The notes beneath the pieces were generated by a model that was given only the letters and a program-made list of their open reading frames with translations, had not been told where the DNA came from and ran no database searches. Positions 40,269-64,000 of a stretch of 64,000 nt of DNA are shown here, piece by piece (position 1 is the first letter of the stretch; every line of letters begins with the position of its first letter). The position numbers and the translations under genes are program-made. The stretch comes from Amoebidium appalachense (taxonomy: Eukaryota > Protista > Ichthyosporea), in assembly GCA_963693365.1 (NCBI GenBank), contig CAVNZM010000001.1, forward strand, positions 11,558,161 through 11,622,160, given 5' to 3'.

Positions 40269-41280
40269 GTTAAGGAGAAGAAAGCAGGCGTGTTGAAGAG
40301 GCTAGGAGCGAAAGGGAAGAGACTGTGACCTTTTCAAAATTTAAAGCCTTTTCTTTTTTTGTCGTGAGAATCTCCATCTTGATCATGTGTGTAGTCTCAC
40401 AATAGCCTGTAATACTTCAGTGATTCACGTTATGGCGACCAGGGCTTTACAAGCATGCCTTATGTCTTCAAGACCAATCCGTGGTCTACAGGCCTGCACC
40501 TTCAGGTGAGTGCAAAGAAGTGTCTACTGGTCGCCCATGTGTGTGTGCACATGCTGATGAACATGCTTTGGCGCCATATCTGACACTTGACTGTGGGACA
40601 GGGTCTCATCCGGTTTGATTGTTCCAAATCTTCAACGGCAAATGGGGTCCACCAGACATGTCAGCCTAGGTTTTCCGCCTATAAAACGCTAGTGCCACGT
40701 GCATGTGTGTGTATACAGTAACTACCCCCCCCTCCCCTCTCCCGCGACACACACGCACCCCCCCCCCCCCCCCCCCCCCCACACACACACACAATCTCCC
40801 GATCTCTCCACACGATTCCGATCTAAGTGGGGAGGGGGGGGGGGGGGGGGGGGGGGGGGATAACCGGCAGAAACAAGGCCTTGTAGCAGTCCGTAAACCG
40901 GATTTTATTACAAGCCAAGTTCCACATCCCTCCAGAAGATAGAGGGCGGGGGGGGGGGGGGGGGGGGGGGGGGGGAGGGGGGGGGGGGGGGGGGGCCGGG
41001 GCAGGAGAGAAGGGTGTAGTGTTCCAATAAGCTATTTTATGGCGTTACGAGTCAAAATGCATGATATCATGCACTCCATGACTACGGTTACTATAATCAT
41101 GATGATCTTTTAATTAAACACTTCCTTCGGCCCATGGTATTACAATCACTATTTTTGGTAGTTACTTGTTACGATGTTAAGACCCTCAAGCACGTAACAA
41201 GAAGTATAGCTTATAAAGGATTTCCTACGTTCATTTGCGCCAAGATGGCACCTAATTTACCACAAAAGCTATGTTTCTAA
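35500..41280. repeat. Diverged segmental duplication of non-coding blocks (about 4 kb period)
   Basis: Similar blocks: 35500-35650 ~ 39492-39640 (CTTCAGCTG..GGACGACCAGTGATTT), 36090-36270 ~ 39930-40105, 36525-36860 ~ 40365-40690 (ATCATGTGTGTAGTCTCA..TTATGGCGACC), and 37258-37620 ~ 38358-38705 ~ 41135-41280 (AAGCACGTAACAAG..TTGCGCCA). Confidence 0.85.
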
Positions 41281-41320
41281 CCGTATTTAATTAGCTGCCC
41301 CACCCACATACTAACTATTT

Positions 41321-41358
<38 letters not shown>

Positions 41359-41359
41359 A

Positions 41360-41404
<45 letters not shown>

Positions 41405-41469
41405 GCACGTATACATACACACACACACACACACACACATCCGTGTTACATTATCACACAACAATTCAC

Positions 41470-52136
<10,667 letters not shown>

Positions 52137-53794
52137 TCTTCATATGTTATTGCTCAAGGCTGTAACTTTATAACGAAGTCAAACATAGAAACGTGTCGTG
52201 CAAGCTTTAGATAGATTTTGCAACCTATGTAATATTAGGCTTTCAATTGCCAGTTTGGATTTCAACCTGCTACAAACATGCCGTAGCATCCATGGCATCC
52301 TAATCAAATTCGTAAGGAGTACAACTTTCTCACTATTTTGCAAGGGCACGAGCTTGCATTTTCAGTTTCTCCTTCCCTCTATTGATATTTCTCTTAGCTC
52401 TTAGGCCAGGAGGGTAAAGTTCGAATTCGAAGCTTCACGTTGTCCTGACCTCTGCATCCACACAGCGAGTCGGCGAGCTCGAGTTGTTGAAGCGGTGTTC
52501 CAATTACGTGGACCAATCATATGATGCTTTTTGAAAGGGCAAAAATGATAAAGCGGCAATAACCAAGCGTCGGAAAAATACAGGTGCGTCCTGATCGGCA
52601 GATTTTTTTTGAAAAAGGCATTCCATAGCTTTGTAATTAGTGTAATAAAAAATAAATTTATTGTTTGTTTTACACGTTCCTAATTGAACTATCTTTAATT
52701 TATGCTCTGTCTCGGCAGCCCACATATTCCTTACCTACGCCCAGCAAACAACTTTATACCCCTCAACAGTAGGGCATATCGATTGGTTTAACGCGCACCA
52801 ACTAGAACAACTGGTCGTCGCCAGACTGATCGGGCTACTGTTGCCAAGCATGCATGCATTCACGTGCCGTATAACGTGTGTGTGCGCACGCGTGTGTGTA
52901 CGTGTGTGTACGTGTGTGTGTACGTGTTTTCGTGTGTGAGTGAGTGTGTAGGTGCGTGTGTATGTGCGTTTGCGCATGTACATGTGTACGGGTGGGCCTG
53001 CGCTCGGAGTACTAGTGCCTATGTACTTACATGTGTACGGGTGGGCCTGTGCTCGGAGTACGTATACTATAGTGCCTACTTTTGCGTACGCATGCCTATA
53101 TATGTGTGCGCGTGCGCGGCGACGGTTGGCTGTGCGCCACAGTAACCGTGTCAGTACCTGTGTGCGCTATAGTGTGCGTGCGTGCGGGCGTGCGTGTGTG
53201 TGCGTGTGCGTTTGTGTGTGTGTGTGTGTGCGCGCGCGTATACGTATGTGTATGTGTGTGTGTTGCGCGCGCCATTGCATTTGTGTTCGTGTTTGCAGGT
53301 GGATGACATTGTGCGTGTGCGCATGCCCGCCCATGTGCATATGCGTGGCGGCTGTGTTGTGTGCGTTCGATTTCGTGTGCTCGTACGCACACGTGGCATG
53401 TGTGCACATGTTCACGTGGCACTGCACGTGACACTATGTATACGTACATGTGTGCATGGTTTTACGGGCCAAAAGATTGGGTATGGATTTCATGAACAAA
53501 GTACATATGCCGGGGTCATGGTGCTGAAACTTCGGAATCCTTGTTGGACCAGGTTGTGTATGTATTATTCGGCTGCCATATCACAACGAACGTGGTCACC
53601 ACGTGCAGTACGTAAACACTTTTATAGTAGCACTGCCAATATTCACAAGCCACTATTTTCAGTGCTCATCGAATATTACTCTTCAGGCACACAGCATCTG
53701 AAATCCAAAGATATCACATTTCGGGGAGAAAAGGCATTCATGCATACGTTTTCCCCACATCCCCCTTACCCACCCGGAAAAGGGCAGGAGGGGA

Positions 53795-53836
<42 letters not shown>

Positions 53837-54212
53837 GGGGGGAGGAGAATGAAGAAACCACCCCTACAACCTAAGCTAGCAACTAGAAAGACGGCACGGG
53901 CATTCATGTGTGAGCTTTCCTACATGAAAAATAACACCAGAAGCATTATTACCTGTATGATACTTCACATCTTAAACCGCACAAGACCACACCGAAAGGT
54001 CGCAGCTTAAACATGCCAAAACGACATGGGCTACACACGCGTCACAGCCAACACACTGATCACTAAAAACGACAAGCGTTATCACACGTAAATATTTATA
54101 AACATACACAGTCTTCAACGCATTACCACTCTAGAGGACTCGAGAAGAATTCATATATGGATGCCACACTAACGTAGAAAAATCATAAACACAAGCATTT
54201 AAACGCAGTCAC

Positions 54213-54994
54213 TCAAGCTTCCTCTTTACCATGTACATTCACACCGCCCTCGGAGCGGGACTCACGGCTCACCCGCTCCCACCCCTCCTCATCCGTCAAC
54301 CCTTCCTCCCCTCTTTCCTCTCCCTGCACACTCAGCAAATTCCCGTGTACCCTCTCCCTGTTCGAATCCGCATCGTCGGACATCCTCTCCCCAACCGCTT
54401 CATCATCGCTCTTCGTTTCCGCGTTAATTACAATGGACCCCGTTAACGGTGTTCCTTCTATCTCCTCCGACTCCGGATCAACCAATCTCATTCCGAATGT
54501 TTCTCTCACCGGTTTTTCTTCGTTTTCACAAGAACTGTCTGCGTGGACAAACGACATAGGGCCGGGTGGAGGCACCTCCCCTTCTTTCACACGGGCCAAA
54601 ACCCCGTGGGTTTTCGAAGCGGGTGGTGGGGGTTCCGAATCGGGCGGGGCGGGACATATGGAGGGTGTTCTTACTACAGTTGTGTCCCCGAGAGGATAAT
54701 CGTAATCAACTCCATCGGGGTTATCTAGCGTTGCAACGTTTTCGCGATTTTCAGAGAAATTTGATAGATGTGGCCCACTGGTGCTGGTGGTTCTCGCTGC
54801 GTTTAACCCCTGTGTTTGATTGGTTGGTTGGTTTATGGATACTGCAGGGTTCATCGAGAATGCGGCGTCAGACTGATTCGCGGTTGGATTTTTTCCTGAT
54901 TGGGTCGATGTGGGGTTGGCAAGGTTGGCTGCGAATTGAGCCAAAATGGCGCTCATGCTCGGTTTGTCTTTGGCTGGCTTGGACACCCTTTCAG

Positions 54995-55068
<74 letters not shown>

Positions 55069-55261
55069 GGTGTGCACACACATGCTTAAAATTGCGTAAA
55101 AACGCCAGGGTTTGTTGTGTCATGTTTGTAGTTGTTGGGATGCAAGAATGGTTAGCAAAACGGTGTGCAGCATTAGGAAGCACGGGAACCGGCCTCCGAG
55201 ACACGGGGATGGGAGAGGGGAGGAGGAGGAGGTTGAGGAGAAGGAGGAGGAGGAGGGGCCG

Positions 55262-55295
<34 letters not shown>

Positions 55296-55404
55296 ATGCA
55301 TACATCGACAGTATTACTATAGGGCGAAGGGCGGGAGGGGGGGGGGCTGGCATACATTAATTATAGTACTAGTATCAGGACGAAAGCTGCAGGAGGGGGG
55401 GGAA

Positions 55405-55442
<38 letters not shown>

Positions 55443-55528
55443 GGGGGGATGTGTTAAGAGGGTTGGAAATATGCTGGAGGATACACAAAAAGACAGAACA
55501 CCAAAAATAAGAGACTAAACCCCTTAAT

Positions 55529-55573
<45 letters not shown>

Positions 55574-56299
55574 AAAAAAAAAAAAGAAAAAAAGAAAGAA
55601 AGAAAGAGCAAGCAGAACACACATGAACAGAGCCTATCAGTAGGGGGTTCCCTCTGCCTCCACACACAAACCCCCTTGCCTCCACACACACACACATAAA
55701 AAAAAAAAAGGGGGGGGGGGGGGGGGAGTTGTTAAATGCATACATCCGGACTAGGGCGGGCCCAGACCCTTATCTCGGCCTTCTGGCAGGCCGTCAGCAG
55801 GGCATCGTCATGGAACTCAAGTCCGGTCAGCGGGCTGGCATGCAGCAGCGTGCTCTGGGTGTTCACACCAAGATGTTATGTTGTTGACTTTTTCCCCTCC
55901 CCCCTCCCCCCACCCCCCCCCCACCCCCCCCCTTCCCCCCTTTGCCTACTTCTTTCTCTTTCCTTTTTCTTCTTCTCTGTCCCTTTCCCCCTTCCTTTCT
56001 TCCCCCACCCCCACCCCCCACCCCCACCCTCCTCGCGCTTGCCATAGATTGTAGATTTTGGTTGTTTTGACGTTGTATGCATAATCCCCCCCCTCCCCCC
56101 CCCCCCCCCCCCCCCCCTCCCCCCCTCTCCCCCTCCCCCACCTAATGGCCCACATACACATCATCTTCTTTGTGGTGCTCAAGTGCATCCAGTTCTCCTA
56201 CGTTCAACGTATCTCGTGCCTACGTGTGGACATGACGTTGCACATATTCAAGTCCTTTTTTAATCTAGCCGCAAAAACCATGCGAGGAGCGGTGCACAG

Positions 56300-56331
<32 letters not shown>

Positions 56332-56499
56332 ACCCACCCACCCAAAAAAAAAAAGCATACACCCCCACGGCCCAGACAAAAGTCAAGCAAACCCAAAAAA
56401 AAAAAAAAAAAAAAAAAGGCTGCAGTTGAAGGTGTCAGAGGGGAACAGGAGAAGTTTTCTATGTAAAGGGAGATGGAGATGTGTTTGTGCGTGTGTGTT

Positions 56500-56543
<44 letters not shown>

Positions 56544-57033
56544 GGGGCGTAGCTTACGCTTATTGGCTCGAGTGTAGATGCCTGTAGTCGAGGTAGCGGT
56601 TTGATGGGTGTGGCTGCGTCATTTGGCGGGTGGATTTGGGTTGTGGTCCGGGCCTAAGGTGTTGGGGTTAGCAGCAGTCAAGCTAAGAGAGCAATTGCTT
56701 CCCCCCCCCCCCCCCAACCCACCCACTCACAAAAAAAAAATAATAAAAAAATCCCTCCCCCTTGTGACGGGGTAGAGGTCAAGATAAATAGAAATTGGTT
56801 ATGGGCAACGGTGGATAGGAGAGTAAAAAGGGATCACGAGGTGTGTGTGTGCATCCGCATGCCCGTGCGCACGTGTGTGTGTGTGTGTGTGCTCATGCGT
56901 GTGTGTGTGCCTGCCTGTGTGTACGAGTGTCTGTCTGTGTATGTGCACACGGGTATAAGGTGGTGGGTGGGGGGTGGGTGGGTAGGTTTGGGGTGGGATT
57001 GGGGTTGAGGGGGCGTTGTTGTTGTTGTTGTTG

Positions 57034-57073
<40 letters not shown>

Positions 57074-58737
57074 GGGGGGGATAAAAGGTGGGACTCCCTA
57101 CCACTCTCGGTTTATGCAGCGTATTTACAGAAAAATCCCACAAGAGCAACCTCTGATCGAGCCCGACCGACCCGAACCTGTAACTGTTTGCATCGCACAT
57201 CCACGGGTCAAAGGCAACCGCAGACACCCATGACCCGTGTCCCTCCCCCCGTGCCACTAGCTGTCTCTTCTCAAACGACCACACGGATACTAAGTCGTCT
57301 TCTCCCCCTGTCTGCAACATACGTGCGTTAGTATGCAGCCTCACCCGCCTCCCCATTCTTCTCCCCTCCCCCTAATCCCCAACCACAGCTCCCTCTTCCC
57401 CCCCTCCCCCCCCCCCCCCCCCCCGCTCCGTCCAATGACAACCAATAGACTTCTTCCCCAATTTGCAATGCATGTGCATGTGTTGATGTGCACTCTCCCC
57501 TCCCTCCCCCTCTCCCCCCCTTCCCCCTCCCCCCCCCCCCCCCCCCCCTCCCCCCCTCCCCCGGCACTCCCTGTTCTCCTCACACGCACAACCAGCAGGG
57601 GAGGCCAAAGGGCGTGGAGGGGAGAGGGGCGGGGGCGGCGGGGGAGAGGGGGAGGTGGGGGGGGGGGGGGGGGGGGGGGAGTGGGGGGTTTACCAGGAGA
57701 TACTGGCCATCAGGACTCCAGCACACACACAGTAGGGCCCCAAAATACGATTGGAAGGTCACCAAGAGCCTGCAACAATTCCTTAGTGGCAGCCCCATGC
57801 ATACATAGGAGAGGAGATGAATGTGTTTGTGTATGTATTTGGAAAGAAGAGCTGCGGAGTGAGGAGGGGGGGGAGGGGGGGTATAGAGTGACGGAATGGA
57901 GTGAGTGAGTATGCATATGTGTGGTTTGTGTAGGGTGAAAAAAGGTGGAAGGAGAGGAAAGGAGGGAGTAGGAAGAGTATGAGGAAGCAAGGAAGGATGG
58001 GGGAGGGGCGGGGCGGGGGCGGGGCGGGGCGGGGCGGGGGGAGGGGGGGAGGGGGGGGAGGGATACAACTGGGGGAAGACGTTAAACTCTTAAAGCGGAA
58101 AACCGTGCAATATTCACATACTAATCAGCCCAATCATATTACACTGCACTAATGTCATGCAGAGAGAGGTGGAGCACCCCTGTGGGTCGAAATATGTGCC
58201 GGTGTCTATATGCATGTGCCTGTGAAAGGTCTGCACAGTTGTCAGTGCATGTGCTTTCTTCGAATTTGCGTTCGGTAGGAACCTCAGAGAAAATCGAGGT
58301 GGCCCCGGGGGGAGGGGGGGGGGGGGGGGAGGGGGGGGGGGGGGGGGGGGATGTATGCATTGGAGGTTGGTAACTATGGAAGCAGGACACCTTGGAAAAA
58401 AAAGAAAGAAAAAAAAAAGGACAAAAGTGGTCCATACCTTTCTTCTCGCACATTGACGATTCGTAAGCAGCCGTCTCGGCTAACTATTGCTACCAGCTGC
58501 CCATCGGGTGAAAATGCAAACTCTGTGGGGGTTGGAAAATTTTTGATGTTAAATTAGTTTTTAGTCGAGGGGATGTACCAAAGGCCTACCCCCTCCCCCC
58601 CCCCCCCCCAAAAAAACAAAAAAAAAAACAAAAAAAAAAACACCACCAACAACACACATACACACCTTCCTTCCCCCTCTCCACACACACACACGCATAC
58701 ACGTGCACGCGCACACGCGCGCACACGCGCGCGCGCG

Positions 58738-58808
<71 letters not shown>

Positions 58809-60215
58809 TCCCTTCCCTGTCTCAAAAAAAAAAGAAAAACCATAAACACCCATGGCCAGGTGACGAAACAGCATGGGTTTTCTTGTGTGCATGAGTGTGT
58901 CCGTCTTTGTGCGCCAGTTTCACGCGTTTACATACGTGTGTGTGTGTGTGCGTGTGTGTGTGTTGCCCCTACCATTGACGGCGCCCTTTCCCACCCTCCA
59001 CCTTGAAATGGGGTTGGATTTGCCCTTTGGATGGTGCACTGAGAACCTGAGACGGAAAACCATCAGCCAAAAAAAAAAAAAAAAAAGAAAAAAGAAAAAA
59101 AAGAAAAAGGAAAAAAAGAAAAGAGAAGAAAAAAGGAAAAAAAGAAAGAAAATGGAGGGGAAAGCTTTTGGCCTGATCGTCCATAGCCAACCTTCTCTCC
59201 TAGCCATACAGCATTGCAGTCGCCAATGCACAAAGCATTTTGCGTCCGTATCATTTCCAATCTTATATACTGGGTTAGCAGGAGCATGTAGCAACTACGC
59301 GATATTCATCTACCGTCAATCCGGGTGATAATTTGGGGTGCGTGCCATGACATACAGGGTTAGGAGGGGCATGCACCAAGTATATGGTTTGTGTACACTT
59401 TCGGGAGGGATAAGGCCTAGCTGGCAGCAATCATGGAAGCCTTGGAAGACAGGGGTGACCATATGACATACAGGGTTAGGAGGGGCACAAATAGCAACCA
59501 GGTGGTCTAAACACACTTTCAGACCCGGGTCAGACTTACGATAGAAAAGACACCAGGAGGGAAGGTGACCATATGAAACACAGAGTAAGAGGAAACAAAA
59601 ATCAATCAGGTAGATTACGTATACTTTTGAAACCAAAATGACAATGGCCACATGAAATACACATGGAGAAAGAACAAAAATCAACCAGGTGGATTGCATA
59701 TACCTTTTAAACCGGTTAAGAATAAAAAATGGCAACAAAATGCGAGAGGAGGTGAAAGCGCGCGTGCACACACACACACACACCCACCCCCACCCCCACC
59801 CACCCACCCACCCACCCACACACCAACGGACACTGCACTCACCCATAATGCGGCAGCCTAACACCCTCCTTTTCAGCCGCAGATACAGAGGTACCACTAG
59901 GGTCACTCCTGTCCTTACTGCTAATATAGACCGTCCCATCCTCATGCCCGTGCATGAATAAATCTCTGCTCCCGTGCACCCACTTGACGCACATCACACG
60001 GCTACTGTTGATCACTCCCTGATGAAAAAATCTTGTTAGTCGTGGTTGTTAGCAGGCCGGACGAAGTCAGGTCTTGTGTGTTGTATGAAAATAACGTTAA
60101 GCCACTTTATACGACAGGAAGGGTAAGAAAATGCCCTAACATATCCCCCGTTTCTCTCATCTTCTCTTGCCATTTCGACATCATTCCTTATATTTCCTTC
60201 CTGCTGCATCCCCCC

Positions 60216-60250
<35 letters not shown>

Positions 60251-60293
60251 AAAACCACCACCACCACCACCACCACCACCACCACCACACACA

Positions 60294-60327
<34 letters not shown>

Positions 60328-60491
60328 GCCACAAATGCCCATCTGTCGGCCTCAAGAACAAACAGACACACCTTATCCACTGACAGAAAGAGGAAAATCA
60401 GCAAAGCGTTACGGAGAACAAAAGGTTTGGCAAATATATCAGAGTAACGTCTTATAATTGCCAGATCCCATGCCCCCCCTCCCCCCGCCCC

Positions 60492-60574
<83 letters not shown>

Positions 60575-61073
60575 ACACACGGCCGCCCACCAGGCAACCA
60601 AGAATCCATTCTTCTGCTTTTCTGCTTGTATGGAGGTTCGACATGTTTGTGTGTGTGCGGTTTTTTTTTTTTTTTCTTGTTTTTTTTTTTTTTTGTGGGG
60701 GAGGGGAGGGGAGGGGGGGGGGGAGAGAGGGGGGGGGATGCATTTTACCTCTCTGTTATACAATTTTTGGATTTTTGAAGGAGAACTTCGATACAGGATG
60801 TCACCTGAGGGAAACCCAACCACCAGCTCTAGACTCTCCTGTGGACACCAACAAAGAATTTGGTTAGGTGAGGTTCCGCCTTGTCGAGACGACAATCAGA
60901 AACCGAATGCTCTGTTGATCATGTTTTTGTTCTTTGCTGCTTCAAAGAGCGTGGTGGTTGTGGTTGTGGTTTGTGACGGCAAGAAGGGGGGGGGGGGGGG
61001 GGGGGGGGGGGGAGGGGGGGGGGAAGAGCGGAGATAGAGGAGAATGGGAGGCACCAAAATAACCAAAGGGAAA

Positions 61074-61141
<68 letters not shown>

Positions 61142-61792
61142 AGGGGGGGGGGGGGGGGGGGGGGGGGGAGAGGGGAAAAAAAAAGAGGCTGGACCGAGAA
61201 ACGAACTCGGGACCTCCTGCTTACTAGGCAGACGCTCTGCCATCTGAGCCATCGAGTCACCTTGTCTGCAGACGCCAAAACTATGAATATAACCCTTATT
61301 AAAAGACCCGGTCCCTAGCTTCCTAACTGATTATACTCGGGCCCCGAGAAGGGACAGATGCAATTTCTATTTTACATAAATTCTGTGAAATGAAAAATAG
61401 GCCAACGCATGCACTGACAACCGCACGCCAAAAAGAGAATTGCATTCAAAGAGCCCCCCGACCCCACGGCCCCCCCCCTTACTACTCCACCAACACCCAT
61501 CCCTCCTCCTTCCCTATGTACGGAAGAACAGTTAAAGTTAGGATCAAAACTGCGAGCAGGCTGGGGAAGAGGGTGGGTCGGGGGGGAGAATGGGGGAGAG
61601 GGGGGTGGGGTTTACTTCACAAAAGGAGCGGTTAAAGTCGTGGCAGGTGGGCTCTATTTGGAACGACAGGCATTCAATAGGGTTCGTGCAGTCAACTGTC
61701 TGCGTACCACATGCAGGTTAGCATCCCCTTGGGTCATCTTCCTGCAAGATTTAGATACATTGCTGACCAGTAAACTATGCTGGGACGTTACG

Positions 61793-61832
<40 letters not shown>

Positions 61833-62171
61833 ACCCCCTCTTCCCCCCCTCCCCCCCGCCCCCGGACACATGCAGGCCCACAGACGTTCAGTAGAAGCAA
61901 TGACTAATTATAATTACAGCACTCACTGTATTTATTTTCCCCACCGCCCGTCAGCAACTTCCCCCCTTGCACACTTCAACCCTGCCTTACACAGAGTGTA
62001 TTCAAACTGGAATCGGTATTAATTCTTAGATTCTCATCGCCTGGATGATGGGGTTACTCTCGTTAACATTCTACATGTAAGACTGGTGCTTGGCCTAAAA
62101 GGGACATGAGAGAATTCCCGACACCTGGGGAGGAGGGAGAGAGGGAGAGAGGGAGGTAGAGAAGTAGAGAG

Positions 62172-62221
<50 letters not shown>

Positions 62222-62390
62222 TGTGTGTGTGTGTGTGTGTGAGTGTGTGTGTGCGGGGGGGAAGGGGGGGGGGGGGGGGGGGGGATGGCAGCTGGAAAGA
62301 ACCAGACACATTTCTTGTGGAAAACCAAGGGGCAGGATGGAAGCAGAAGCAGGGGGCGGCCGGGAGGGAAGGGGAGGGCGATTTTTAGTG

Positions 62391-62459
<69 letters not shown>

Positions 62460-63960
62460 TACCTACCGTAGTAGACCTTCGGTATTCGTAATAACGTAGC
62501 TCCTTGCCGACGTTGCACACAAGATAAGTCCTATCGGGCGACTGTCCTGGTTGCGGTCGCTTGTAGGGCAGCGTGGGTGCTCTGTAGGGTACATGTCAGA
62601 ACTGAGACATCGGTTTTAACCAAACTTAAGTAGATGATAGCAAACAGAGGTGGTGGCTGGGCTGAACAATCATTTCTGTGTGCAAGAATCTGTTGAGTTC
62701 ACATGTACTTGTTTGTTTGCTTAGGCCTAGTGATGGTGGTGGTTTAGTGGTGGTGTGGGTGGTGGTGTGGGGTTTCGTGGGCAGTAGAGCTGGAAGTTAA
62801 GTTGGTAGGAAAAGGAAACGCTGTAAAGGCTGTATCTGACAAAATAAGAGTAAAACTAAAAATAAACCAACAGCTGAAAAAAAGTGGCGAAAGGTGTAAC
62901 AAACCAAGGAAGGGGAAGGAAGGACATGCAAAAGCTATAAGAGAGAGAGGTTTTCAGATTAAGGAGAAACGGTTCAAAGCCTACTACGTACCCCGTCAGA
63001 CTAGCAAAATTTAGCCGCCGCCGGCCAAGATTGCTATGGTATATGACGTCACACTGATTTGTTACCGAATTTGGTAACAAATTAGTGTGACGTCATATAC
63101 CATAGCAATCTTAGCCGGCGGTGGCTAAATTTTGCTAGTGACGGGTACGTAGTAGGGTTTGAACCGTTAGTCGTTAACCTCTTGAGGACCGGCCTAATTG
63201 ATTTGGACGGGTCCCGTCCAAGGCCTAAACAACTCAATTGCAGCTCAAAATCGATAGAAAAAGCTCAAATAAACTGCATATGCCGACAGGTATATGTCTT
63301 ACCTACATACGTTACTAAGATGGTTTTTGGAAAATATCATTATTTCTTATAATTTTATGTCTGTTTCTGAAGGGACTTTCGAGGTTTGGAATTTTTTTTG
63401 GAACTGCCATTGAATGTCGACTGAGCCGACCAATCACATTCTGCCATTCTCACAAGGTCCAATCAGAAGCTTGCATTGACAGCATTTGGATGTCGACATT
63501 GACTCGTTGAGCCGGCAACCACCCTTCGTAGTTACACCATATACAAATACAAAGTATCGTGTGCTAGAACAAAGTTCTTTTTTTTTTCTTCTCATAAAAC
63601 GAAAAATGAATATTATTTTACTTTCGTGCAAAATATCTTTGGCTAGTTCTTATCAACTTCATGCTCACATTAGAGTACAAACTTGGTCACGTCGAAAAGT
63701 GACACGTCGATCTCGATCTCGTGAAATTTACGGTCCTCAAGAGGTTAACGCCCACTCGTAAAGAAGGGGAGGTGAGGAGGAGAGGGGTTGGGGGTGGGTG
63801 GGTGGGTGGGTGGGGGTGTCATTACTCTATATGCAACATTACGGGAATTTCCTTGACCTCCTTCCCCTGCTGCTTCTTGCTATCGCCACTTGTGATGCTT
63901 GGGGAGCGACGAAACTGAAAGTTCATCCGTTTTGATTTGTGTGATTTTTTGGAGGCCGAA
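54213..63960 (-). CDS. WDR20: WD40-repeat protein WDR20/DMWD (fungal CreC) homolog, 5' incomplete; exons 63960-63826, 62581-62467, 61699-61616, 60838-60749, 60018-59843, 59046-58973, 58522-58438, 57769-57694, 57311-57102, 56653-56558, 55854-55744, 54995-54213
   Basis: Family motifs: [144 protein letters not shown]. Junction phases are consistent. Confidence 0.93.
61186..61258 (-). tRNA. tRNA-Thr(AGT), imperfect (possible pseudogene), inside a WDR20 intron
   Basis: GACTCGATGGCTCAGATGGCAGAGCGTCTGCCTAGTAAGCAGGAGGTCCCGAGTTCGTTTCTCGGTCCAGCCT (73 nt). D stem GCTC/GAGC, anticodon loop CTAGTAA, T stem CCGAG/CTCGG, followed by an oligo-T terminator. Two acceptor-stem mismatches and T at position 58. 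Confidence 0.8.
62968..63168. mobile_element. Near-perfect ~200-bp hairpin (foldback MITE-like) in a WDR20 intron
   Basis: AACGGTTCAAA..GATTGCTATGGTATATGACGTCACACT-ATTTGTTACC, then a loop, then GGTAACAAAT-AGTGTGACGTCATATACCATAGCAATC..TTTGAACCGTT. Confidence 0.8.
63178..63744. mobile_element. piggyBac-type non-autonomous element (567 bp)
   Basis: Perfect 14-bp TIR CCTCTTGAGGACCG / CGGTCCTCAAGAGG, flanked on both sides by TTAA (63174-63177 and 63745-63748). No transposase ORF. Confidence 0.88.
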
Positions 63961-64000
63961 CTGCAGGGAGAGTCAATGATCAGCATCCAAGTTATTTCTC

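Noticed and set aside
59340-59600. Repeated ATGACATACAGGGTTAGGAGGGGCA segments in a WDR20 intron
   Set aside because: An ordinary degenerate tandem duplication with no structural or coding signal.
62034-62125. Candidate extra WDR20 exon after CCCCAG
   Set aside because: It hits a stop in the required phase, and exons 62581-62467 and 61699-61616 join directly into family-like sequence.

Overview
This is intron-rich eukaryotic nuclear DNA, most likely from an opisthokont (fungal-like or unicellular holozoan; this is an inference from gene content). Introns and intergenic DNA are full of poly-G/poly-C, (GT)n/(AC)n, (GA)n and poly-A/T tracts, so most of the supplied ORF track is spurious low-complexity translation. 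By manual splicing (GT-AG, reading frame checked across junctions) I can build six genes: Sm D1 (-), an unknown multi-pass membrane protein (+), an AZUL+HECT E3 ligase of the UBE3A/E6AP type (-), a stand-alone voltage-sensor-like 4-TM protein (+), a putatively myristoylated 3x cNMP-binding + RGS protein (-), and a WDR20/CreC WD40 protein (-, 5' part outside the window). There is also an intronic, imperfect tRNA-Thr(AGT). Mobile DNA includes a degenerate LINE with a second truncated copy, a ~1.55 kb palindrome built from a second LINE family next to a poly(A)-centred foldback, a hAT-type non-autonomous element with an 8-bp TSD, a piggyBac-type MITE with a TTAA TSD and small hairpin elements. 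The most interesting signals are the cNMP-RGS fusion, introns with G/GT-rich 5' halves and C/AC-rich 3' halves (possible structure-assisted splicing), the LINE-derived hairpin, the pore-less voltage sensor, and repeated decayed duplications of splice sites. No database searches were run; all calls come from motif recognition.
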